A DNA stretch of 28,240 nt from Pseudomonadota bacterium (GTDB taxonomy: Bacteria > UBA10199 > 2-02-FULL-44-16 > JAAZCA01): the NCBI GenBank assembly GCA_043822785.1, contig JBDRBN010000027.1, forward strand, positions 1 through 28,240, in the 5' to 3' direction. Positions 7,798 through 15,085 of the stretch are shown in pieces (position 1 is the first letter of the stretch; every line of letters starts with the position of its first letter). The notes under the pieces were generated by a model, which was given only the letters and a program-made list of their open reading frames with translations, was not told the DNA's origin and did no database searches. The translations under genes and the position numbers were made by a program.

Positions 7798-9666
7798 ATG
7801 GCAGCTTATAACTGGAAGAGCCATTATGGAAACAAGGTTGTGTCAGCACAAGAGGCGCTTGGCCATATAAAGCCTGGCGACAAGATATTTGTCGGCACTG
7901 GCTGCGCTGCTCCACAACTTCTGGTCGAGGCGCTGTCTGCCGAGCGGCAGGGCGTTTCAGATGCAGAGATCTATCATCTGTTGACCATGGGAGTTGCGCC
8001 CTATGCCAGCCAGAAGCTCTCGGACCGATTTCGCTTTAACAGTTTTTTCATAAGCGAAAACGTGCGCGAAGCAGTATGGCAAGGGCTTGGCGATTATACT
8101 CCGGTATTTTTGTCTGACATACCAAAGCTCTTTGAATCAGGCCGCACGCCTTTGGATGTCGCGCTCATACAGGTAACCCCTCCATCTCCTGACGGATGGG
8201 TGAGCCTTGGTATTTCTGTGGATATAGTGAAGAGCGCAACTGAGAACGCAAACCTGGTCATCGCCGAGGTCAACCCGAACATGCCGTGGACAAATGGTGG
8301 CTCGAAGATTTTGGCAGACTACATTGATTTCTTTGTAGAGTCAGATCGCAAACTTTTGGAATATCATCCGGTAGAGGTGGACGACGAGATCCGCAGAATC
8401 GGTAGAAACGTAGCATCGCTCATTGAAGATGGTTCTACCATCGAGGTGGGCATAGGCGCTATTCCTCAATCCATACTCGAATTCCTGCGCGACAAAAAGG
8501 ATTTGGGAATACACACCGAGATGTTTACAGATCAGTTAATCGATCTCATCCAATCCGGCGTGGTGAACGGATCGAGAAAGATTCTGGATCGTGGTAAAGT
8601 TGTGGCGTCCTTTTTGATGGGAACTGAACGCCTTTATAAATTCGTAGATAAAAATCCTGCTATCGAGCTTCATCCATCTGAATACATAAACGATCCATTT
8701 GTGATAGGCCACCAGCCAAAGATGATAGCCATCAATGTAGCGCTCGAAGTGGATCTTACAGGTCAGGTCTGCGCGGATTCTTTAGGCCATAGATTCTATA
8801 GCGGCATAGGCGGTCAGCTCGATTTCATAAGGGGCGCGGCGCGCTCTCCAGGCGGAAAGCCCATCATCGCTATGAAATCCACTGCAAAGGATGGCACAGT
8901 GTCGCGCATAGTTCCAACGCTTAGCCCTGGAGCAGGAGTCGTAACGACTCGCGGAGATGTGCATTATGTTATTACCGAATACGGAGCAGCTGATTTACAC
9001 GGAAAGAATATTCGCGAGCGCGCGATGGAACTAATAAACATCGCTCACCCAAGATTTCGCGCAGAACTGCTAAAGCAGGCAAAGGAGATGAAATACGTTT
9101 ATGAGGATCAGGCTGATATCACGGTAGCGCAGCCGTATCCGGAAGAGCTTGCGCACTGTAGGGTCATAGCAGATGGAACTCAGGTGTTTTTTAGGCCAGT
9201 AAAGATGACAGACGAGGATGCAATGAGGGATTTTTTCTATTCACTTTCAGCAGAGAGCGTCTATCACCGCTTTTTTCAACCAGTTCAATCTATGCCGCAT
9301 GCCAGGGCCATGCCTATGGTGAGCATCGATTATGACAAGGATATGGCGCTGGTGGCTACGGTGGAAGATGCAGCGGGCGAGAAGATAGTGGGGATCGGAC
9401 GCTACATGCGTGGCTCTAAAGAAGAGAGGATGGCTGAGGTAGCGTTCATGATTCGTGATGAATGGCAGAATCGCGGAATGGGCAGAGCATTGCTCGCAAG
9501 TCTAATTGATATTGCTGGAAGTCGTGGCATAGAAGGATTTGTTGCATCTGTTCTACACGACAACAAACAGATGATGAGCGTGTTTCATGCAAGCGGCTAT
9601 CTGGTCAAGAGCATATTTGAGGATGGAGTTTATTCTCTATCGTTTCGATTCGATGAAAAATCTTAA
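7798..9666 (+). CDS. Acetyl-CoA hydrolase/CoA-transferase fused to a C-terminal GNAT acetyltransferase
   Basis: EVNPNMP, GIGAIP, HTEM (catalytic Glu position), DLTGQV, SGIGGQLDF, VTTRGDVHYVITEYG. The C-terminal ~175 aa is a Pat-like GNAT (AEVAF, WQNRGMG, N..M). Confidence 0.88.
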   Translation: MAAYNWKSHYGNKVVSAQEALGHIKPGDKIFVGTGCAAPQLLVEALSAERQGVSDAEIYHLLTMGVAPYASQKLSDRFRFNSFFISENVREAVWQGLGDYTPVFLSDIPKLFESGRTPLDVALIQVTPPSPDGWVSLGISVDIVKSATENANLVIAEVNPNMPWTNGGSKILADYIDFFVESDRKLLEYHPVEVDDEIRRIGRNVASLIEDGSTIEVGIGAIPQSILEFLRDKKDLGIHTEMFTDQLIDLIQSGVVNGSRKILDRGKVVASFLMGTERLYKFVDKNPAIELHPSEYINDPFVIGHQPKMIAINVALEVDLTGQVCADSLGHRFYSGIGGQLDFIRGAARSPGGKPIIAMKSTAKDGTVSRIVPTLSPGAGVVTTRGDVHYVITEYGAADLHGKNIRERAMELINIAHPRFRAELLKQAKEMKYVYEDQADITVAQPYPEELAHCRVIADGTQVFFRPVKMTDEDAMRDFFYSLSAESVYHRFFQPVQSMPHARAMPMVSIDYDKDMALVATVEDAAGEKIVGIGRYMRGSKEERMAEVAFMIRDEWQNRGMGRALLASLIDIAGSRGIEGFVASVLHDNKQMMSVFHASGYLVKSIFEDGVYSLSFRFDEKS

Positions 9667-9680
9667 GTCGGAGGCATGTC

Positions 9681-10334
9681 ATGGCCAAGGGGGTAAAGCT
9701 CGGCTCACCAGTTGAGCGGGTGCCGGAGATAATAAGGAAGCTCAAGAAGGCTTATCCCGATGCAAAAGTGGAGCTTGATTTTAAAACACCCCTTGAGCTT
9801 TTGGTTGCATCCATACTCTCAGCACAGTGCACTGATGCCAAGGTAAATGAGATCACGCCAGCGCTTTTCAAAAAGTATCCTTCAGCTAAGGCATATGCAA
9901 AGGCTTCTACCTCTGAGCTTGAACGCATGATCAGGCCAACGGGTTTTTATAAAAACAAGGCCCGCTCCATACAAAACTGTTGCACCCAGCTTGCCATGGA
10001 ATATGGAGGCAGGGTTCCTGAAGATATGGATGATCTAACAAAGCTTGCGGGGGTGGGAAGAAAGACTGCCAATCTGGTTCGTGGTCACGCTTTTGATAAG
10101 CCGGCAATAATATGCGATACGCATGTGTTAAGAGTGTCAGAGAGATTGGGTCTTACGAAAAACAAAAAGCCGGATAAGGTAGAGGAGGATCTTTCGGCAA
10201 TAGTGCCTAAGCATTTATGGACTGATTATTCCACATGCATCGTGTGGCATGGCAGGCGCTGTTGCTTTGCCAGAAATCCATCATGCGCAAGCTGCACTGT
10301 TAGGGAGTTATGCCCGTTCGCTGATTCGGTCTAA
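9681..10334 (+). CDS. nth: Endonuclease III
   Basis: LSAQCTD, HhH GVGRKTAN, DTHV and 4Fe-4S motif C-x6-C-x2-C-x5-C. Confidence 0.95.
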   Translation: MAKGVKLGSPVERVPEIIRKLKKAYPDAKVELDFKTPLELLVASILSAQCTDAKVNEITPALFKKYPSAKAYAKASTSELERMIRPTGFYKNKARSIQNCCTQLAMEYGGRVPEDMDDLTKLAGVGRKTANLVRGHAFDKPAIICDTHVLRVSERLGLTKNKKPDKVEEDLSAIVPKHLWTDYSTCIVWHGRRCCFARNPSCASCTVRELCPFADSV

Positions 10335-10397
10335 TTGCGCTTGACATAGCAGGAGGCTGCTTATATTTGCGCCAAAGATCTACTAAGGAGGCTTGAC

Positions 10398-10631
10398 ATG
10401 GCAAATTTCGATGACAAAGTTTTAGAGAACGTAGAGGGACGCTATTATGTTGATACACAATGTATAGACTGCAACCTCTGTCGCGACATAGCGCCTGTGA
10501 ATTTTGGCCATCAGGAAGAAGCCGGTTACGCATATGTGCAAAAGCAGCCTGAAACCGAGGATGAAGAACTGCAGTGTGCAGAGGCCAAAGAGTCCTGCCC
10601 GGTAGAGGCAATAGGGGATGATGGGGATTGA
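10398..10631 (+). CDS. Single-cluster ferredoxin
   Basis: CIDCNLC...CPVEAI, acidic 77 aa, strong AAGGAGG RBS. A TTGACA at 10341 suggests its own promoter. Confidence 0.9.
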   Translation: MANFDDKVLENVEGRYYVDTQCIDCNLCRDIAPVNFGHQEEAGYAYVQKQPETEDEELQCAEAKESCPVEAIGDDGD

Positions 10632-10636
10632 ACTAC

Positions 10637-10689
10637 AAATCTGAATATCGAATCTCAAAGGAATCCCTAATATATAATATCAAATACCT
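10637..10689 (+). repeat. Degenerate heptamer array (AATNTCN family)
   Basis: aaatctg aatatcg aatctca (aagg) aatccct aatatat aatatca aatacct. Confidence 0.55.
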
Positions 10690-10700
10690 AAACAAAAACT

Positions 10701-10754
10701 GCGAGAAACGCCAGCAACGTTTCTTGCATTTCTCGCGTGTCTCGCGTTTCTCGC
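10701..10754. repeat. Inverted 9-mer arrays forming a hairpin between convergent genes
   Basis: gcgagaaac gccagcaac | gtttcttgc atttctcgc gtgtctcgc gtttctcgc. The first 19 nt are identical to 2482-2500 and 12352-12370. Confidence 0.88.
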
Positions 10755-10774
10755 CGCATGCAGATAAGGATTTT

Positions 10775-11635
10775 CTAGTGTTTCTTTTGTTTCTGGTTTG
10801 CTATGTGCTGTCTCTTGGCGCGTTTTGACATTCCGACAGGCGCGTTGAGATCTGTATTTCCAATCATATTGAGATGAGGATCAGAGCGCTTTGGCACAGA
10901 GAGGGTAGGAGCAGTTTTCTTTGAGTCTTTCTTCCACGAGTCAATCATGGCTATAAAGCGCGAATCAGTTTCAATGCTGTGAAAATCATCACCTACATTA
11001 ATCCATGCCAACATGCTTTGCGGGCTAAGGCTGTAGGCAGCTTCTAAAGTTTTGAGGGCGTTGTCTACATCGCCCACAGCAGCATAGTATGTGGCAAGAT
11101 ATTCCATAGAATTATAGTCGCCCCGAAGCATCAGATCATCTATTTTGCTAAACTTCTTCTTTGCTTTTTTTACATCACCGCCTGATGCGATGAGCGCTGC
11201 GCTCAGCACATCACAGTCAGCTTTGTGTAAATATGTGCCCGATTTCTTTGCTTTATTATAAAAATGCTCAGCTTGTTTAAAAAATTCCTCTTGAACTATG
11301 TCCCTCGATTTTAGAAAGAGAAATAGATTGTGATAGGCAATGGCTACGTTTTGGTAGATCTCGTGCGCCATGGATTGCGATGGCTTTTTTTGCATCTCAA
11401 AAAACACTATTTCATTTGCACATCGCATGAGATAATTGATCTTTGGATTCGCAGTCTCCTCGCGCATCGTAAGGATGGCTTCTTTTAATTTGCCTGCCTT
11501 AAGCAACTCTACTATGTTTTGAGGTACTGCATCAGGGCGCAAAGCCGTGGTATCTGTTTTTCCATAAGAGAGAAGTGGAATCGATACCACAAAGGCTGCG
11601 ATAAGAGCTGTAAATGCAACGGATCGAATTTTCAT
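10775..11635 (-). CDS. Exported hypothetical protein with TPR-like helices
   Basis: N-terminal signal-peptide-like segment, TPR-like YLATYYAAVGDVDNALKTLEAAY followed by a DDFHSI..DSRF capping motif, and a basic tail. Start overlaps the upstream stop (ATGA). Confidence 0.7.
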   Translation of the reverse strand: MKIRSVAFTALIAAFVVSIPLLSYGKTDTTALRPDAVPQNIVELLKAGKLKEAILTMREETANPKINYLMRCANEIVFFEMQKKPSQSMAHEIYQNVAIAYHNLFLFLKSRDIVQEEFFKQAEHFYNKAKKSGTYLHKADCDVLSAALIASGGDVKKAKKKFSKIDDLMLRGDYNSMEYLATYYAAVGDVDNALKTLEAAYSLSPQSMLAWINVGDDFHSIETDSRFIAMIDSWKKDSKKTAPTLSVPKRSDPHLNMIGNTDLNAPVGMSKRAKRQHIANQKQKKH

Positions 11636-12303
11636 GGTGAGCTCCCCGAGATTGCAAAGTTTTTATAGTCACAGCCAGCTGGCTTGTGAACCGCATTGCC
11701 GTCAGTGAGAAGACCAATGCCAGATGGATTTTTGTCGAGCGGCTCGCCAAAGAGATCTTGGTAATCCTTTAAGACGTTCACCTTGTGCGCGACCCAACTG
11801 CCAACCTTTGAGCTGCCGCTATCGAGCACTTTTATCTTGAGCTTGCCATCGCGACGGGTAACGACCGTGCCTGGTGCAAGCGTTGTGCTCCATACATATT
11901 TTATTGCTTTTCCCCTGTATTGCCCAATGACTGCGTATACGCCGCATGCGCTATCGTTGGTATTGTCGTTTGACTCAGCTGCACCAGCAGGAAGCGTTGT
12001 AGCTCTCCAGTTCCACGATAACATCGGGCGTTTTTCAATTTCCCAATTGAAGTTAAAGAATATCTGCTGTGATTCATCCCATGCATCGTAAGCCTTGATG
12101 AACCGCTTGCCGTTCTCTTCGGCCACCTTATAGACCTTTGATGCTTCATCCCTCTGCAGGGGCCATGTTCTCCATTTTCGTGGAAAGTTTCCTGTTTTTG
12201 ATGAGGAGAAGTTGTCGAGATAAAGCCTGCCATAATCGCTTTGTGCTAAGGACGTGGCAGAGAAGAGCACAGCTGCCAATGCGAATGTAATTAATAAACG
12301 CAT
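11632..12303 (-). CDS. Exported DUF3047-family protein
   Basis: Signal peptide MRLLITFALAAVLFSATSLA, then P.LSWNWR, D.ACGVY, IKYVWS, NV..DY..LFG and GIGLLTDGN, typical of DUF3047. Start moved from 12396 (inside repeats) to ATG 12303; ATG 12312 is an alternative. Confidence 0.75.
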   Translation of the reverse strand: MRLLITFALAAVLFSATSLAQSDYGRLYLDNFSSSKTGNFPRKWRTWPLQRDEASKVYKVAEENGKRFIKAYDAWDESQQIFFNFNWEIEKRPMLSWNWRATTLPAGAAESNDNTNDSACGVYAVIGQYRGKAIKYVWSTTLAPGTVVTRRDGKLKIKVLDSGSSKVGSWVAHKVNVLKDYQDLFGEPLDKNPSGIGLLTDGNAVHKPAGCDYKNFAISGSSP

Positions 12304-12351
12304 TGGATTCATATATTGGGAATGGAGAGGGGTGTCAATGAAGAGAAAGTA

Positions 12352-12387
12352 GCGAGAAACGCCAGCAACGCAAGCAACGCGAGAAAG
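12352..12387 (+). repeat. 9-mer tandem array, 4 units
   Basis: gcgagaaac gccagcaac gcaagcaac gcgagaaag, ending 3 nt before REP-like copy 2. Confidence 0.88.
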
Positions 12388-12390
12388 AAA

Positions 12391-12468
12391 TGTCATTGCG
12401 AGCCCGCGGTAGCGGGCGTGGCAATCCCCGTTGGTATAGGAGATTGCTTCGCTACGACCGCAATGACA
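12391..12468 (+). repeat. Complete REP/REPIN-like palindromic element (copy 2)
   Basis: TGTCATTGCG...GCAATCCCC...GGAGATTGCTTCGCTACGACCGCAATGACA, with terminal 10-bp inverted repeats and an inner hairpin GCCCGC-GGTA-GCGGGC. Confidence 0.9.
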
Positions 12469-12482
12469 ATCATTTGTCTTAT

Positions 12483-13193
12483 TTATGCTTCCTTTAGCTT
12501 TGCTAATACTTCAGTAAGCTCAGCTGGTAGTGGTGACTCGAATGTCATCTCTTTGCCCGTTGTTGGATGAAAAATAGTGAGTTTAGAGCTGTGAAGAAAG
12601 TGTCTCTTGAGCTCCAATGGATCAGCAGCGCGTTTTTTGGGATTTTGATATAGCTTATCACCCGCAATTGGATGACCTATATGCGCAAGATGAACGCGAA
12701 TCTGATGGCGCACCCCTGTTTTGATCGTAATAGACAGCAGGGCATATTCAAAAGTTTTGAAATGGAATTTTTTCAACAATGAAAACGAAGTTGATGCAGG
12801 CCTTCCTGAATCGCACACCACCATCTTTTTCTTCTTTTTGGGATGATGTGCGATAGAAATATCTATCGTCCCTTGCTTAGGAGGATATCCTATCACCAAG
12901 GCTAGATATTCTTTGTGTGCAGATCCTTTTTTAAACTGTTCTCGTAAGTTTTCATAAGCTTCGAGGGTCTTGGCAGCCACAAGTATGCCCGAGGTTTCGT
13001 TATCCAGCCGATTTACAAGACCAGCTTCTAAGTTTCCCTTGGGGAGTTTTGCCTGAGCGAGATATTGCTTAAGAAGCCACGCTGCTACAGTGCCAGCCTC
13101 GCCCTTTTTAAGAGATGCCGCAGGCATGCCAGCCGGCTTATCGACGACTAGCATGACCTTATCTTCGTGTCTTACTTGGGGAATGACGTTCAT
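12483..13193 (-). CDS. RluA-family pseudouridine synthase
   Basis: VDKPAG, NRLDNETSG (catalytic Asp), KEYLALV, TGVRHQIRVH, PIAGDKLY and LHS. No S4 domain. Start moved to ATG 13193 because the ORF-track start lies in a heptamer array. Confidence 0.9.
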   Translation of the reverse strand: MNVIPQVRHEDKVMLVVDKPAGMPAASLKKGEAGTVAAWLLKQYLAQAKLPKGNLEAGLVNRLDNETSGILVAAKTLEAYENLREQFKKGSAHKEYLALVIGYPPKQGTIDISIAHHPKKKKKMVVCDSGRPASTSFSLLKKFHFKTFEYALLSITIKTGVRHQIRVHLAHIGHPIAGDKLYQNPKKRAADPLELKRHFLHSSKLTIFHPTTGKEMTFESPLPAELTEVLAKLKEA

Positions 13194-13209
13194 TCTTCTA
13201 ACAAGTAAT

Positions 13210-13239
13210 TGATCACTGGTCACTGGTTACTGGTCACTA
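13210..13239 (-). repeat. Heptamer array ACCAGT(A/G) on the minus strand
   Basis: Minus strand tagtg accagta accagtg accagtg atca, immediately after the stop of the lipoprotein gene. Confidence 0.85.
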
Positions 13240-13240
13240 A

Positions 13241-14803
13241 TTACAGCCAGTCTATCGCTTCACTTCTATCCAGTATAGTTTCATCAGTTGCATCTGCACC
13301 AAAGAGTTTCATGAGCTCATCGCACAGATCAATTGCTACGATGTCGTGTCCACTGGTCCACACAGAGACAGGCTGGATAGGGAGACCACTTCCTAGAAAC
13401 TGCTCGAGAAGGTTTCCATTAGCATCGGACATAATTGCCCTAGGCTCACCTATCATGGACTCTGAGAGCACGATGTTTTGCATTGTACCTGACGCCCATG
13501 GGAGTTCAAACTCGCGCATTGGCTGAGAAAGGGTGGTGTAGTTCTCTAAGTCTTGGTCGTAGTATAGTGCTTTGGCTGGAGCAACCTCTATCCCATATCG
13601 GCGCAAATAGTTTACTGCGCCACCAGAGTCTAATAATGCCAAAGCCATGACAGGATTTGTTCCTACCTTATAGATAATGCCGTTTACAAAACTTTCAGCA
13701 AAAGGAGGAAGATTGGCGTTGTTAATTTCAGTGCGGCTGAAGGTAGCCTTATGAACAAGGCCGTCTGCCTGAAACAGGGTTATATAAGAGTTAGTGTTAT
13801 TTCCGGTGTCTGTGATCAAGAGGCCAAGATAGTGGCCATAGGTGCTGCCCATATAATAGATATCGAGCGCTGTAGAGCGCGTAAGCCCTGAGACCAAAGT
13901 GGTGCCGCCTTGATACAGCGACATCTCATTGCTTATCGTTCCATCTGAAGTGGAGACTTTTGCAAGCTTCACGGTACTTCCCACATCAAGAGCAACGATG
14001 GGCTGGGTTGGCAGATCAACATATGCTATGTGCATGGGTTCGTAGCTGAGACTGAAGTGTCGGCTATCCTTTACTTGATCACTGACTATTCTTGCAGCCC
14101 ACAGGATCTTGTCGTCCTTGCTTGTGACAGCAATCATATTGCCCATCGCTGTATAATAGATATCAAGCGAATGTGCGTGGCATCCGCTTATCGCTACGGT
14201 GGTTGGGCTTGTTGCCCCTATCACGAGCTGATTGGTGGTGGTAGCGCTTCCCTGTTTTAACATGACAGGCGTGCCGCTGGACGGGATGATCTTTATATCG
14301 ACTACTGCACCGCTTACTCCTTCGGTGCTGCAGTTTGTGCCTGGCTCTGGTTCGCCGGACTGTGGCACATCAGTGCGCAGCAATTCGCTGATGAATGCGC
14401 CACTTTCATCGATCAGGCCGATTACGAGCGAATCTCCAACAGATGCTGCAATAATAAGGGTGAAGGAACCATCCGATGCCGACATCGTACACGCATGACC
14501 TGGTTCGCTGCATATGGAGGGGAGATCACCTGCATATGCATTGGAAATAAGCATGTCCATGATCTGTTGCGTTACAGCTCCGGCCACGTTCTCGTTTACC
14601 ACCATCACAATGTTATCGCCGGTAACAGCACCCTCAGAGCCTGTAATCGTGACATTGCCATCTGCATCAGGTGCTGAGACATCGACTCGTCCGGTGATGG
14701 GTGCCGGCAGGTCTACAGGCGGCGCAGAGGTCGATCCGCATCCAGCCCACACAAATGCCATGATCAGAATGGCTCCAATGGTTATATATCTTGTTATGTT
14801 CAT
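13241..14803 (-). CDS. Putative lipoprotein of unknown function (beta-rich)
   Basis: ATG at 14803 with AAGGAGG RBS at 14818..14812. Signal peptide ends in lipobox WAG-C, followed by a Ser/Pro linker and Gly/Ser/Thr/Val-rich beta-type sequence. Confidence 0.8.
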   Translation of the reverse strand: MNITRYITIGAILIMAFVWAGCGSTSAPPVDLPAPITGRVDVSAPDADGNVTITGSEGAVTGDNIVMVVNENVAGAVTQQIMDMLISNAYAGDLPSICSEPGHACTMSASDGSFTLIIAASVGDSLVIGLIDESGAFISELLRTDVPQSGEPEPGTNCSTEGVSGAVVDIKIIPSSGTPVMLKQGSATTTNQLVIGATSPTTVAISGCHAHSLDIYYTAMGNMIAVTSKDDKILWAARIVSDQVKDSRHFSLSYEPMHIAYVDLPTQPIVALDVGSTVKLAKVSTSDGTISNEMSLYQGGTTLVSGLTRSTALDIYYMGSTYGHYLGLLITDTGNNTNSYITLFQADGLVHKATFSRTEINNANLPPFAESFVNGIIYKVGTNPVMALALLDSGGAVNYLRRYGIEVAPAKALYYDQDLENYTTLSQPMREFELPWASGTMQNIVLSESMIGEPRAIMSDANGNLLEQFLGSGLPIQPVSVWTSGHDIVAIDLCDELMKLFGADATDETILDRSEAIDWL

Positions 14804-14857
14804 AGTCCTCGCCTCCTTGTCCAACTTATCAAAAATGCTGTTCCAGCTATATATAAG

Positions 14858-14873
14858 AGCAAAGATGGTGCCA
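14858..14873 (-). promoter_or_regulatory. Sigma54 (-24/-12) promoter of the lipoprotein gene
   Basis: Minus strand TGGCAC-CATCT-TTGCT, an exact match to TGGCAC-N5-TTGCW, 55 nt upstream of the ATG. Confidence 0.85.
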
Positions 14874-14900
14874 ACACCAGACTGTTATTTTATGCTTAAA

Positions 14901-14913
14901 TATCAATAGATTG
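14901..14913 (+). promoter_or_regulatory. IHF binding site
   Basis: TATCAATAGATTG matches WATCAANNNNTTR exactly and lies just upstream of the sigma54 promoter, the expected position. Confidence 0.65.
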
Positions 14914-14981
14914 CAAAACATGTCCAATATATATAGCTAAAATAAAGCGTATAAATCAAACATATTGTCTATAATAAACAC

Positions 14982-14999
14982 TGTTCAATATATTGATCA
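14982..14999. promoter_or_regulatory. Candidate upstream activator sequence
   Basis: TGTTCAATATATTGATCA with perfect core palindrome TCAATATATTGA. A related TGTCCAATATAT occurs at 14921-14932. It lies ~135-150 nt upstream of the predicted sigma54 start. Confidence 0.4.
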
Positions 15000-15085
15000 T
15001 AATGCAAAATATATTCATTCACTTCGCATGAATTATGATAACATAATTGTACAAACAGATATAGCTATTGATTCAGAGGCAAATC

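Noticed and set aside
10628..10828. 66-aa ORF after the ferredoxin
   Set aside because: Composed of heptamer and 9-mer repeats and overlaps the convergent gene.
12304..12396. N-terminal extensions given by the ORF track (also 13194-13223, 14804-14824, 28109-28129)
   Set aside because: They start in repeats or upstream of better RBS/signal-peptide-supported ATGs.
12316..12570. 84-aa ORF containing CHCEPAVAGVAI
   Set aside because: It is a translation of the 9-mer array and REP element, antisense to real genes.
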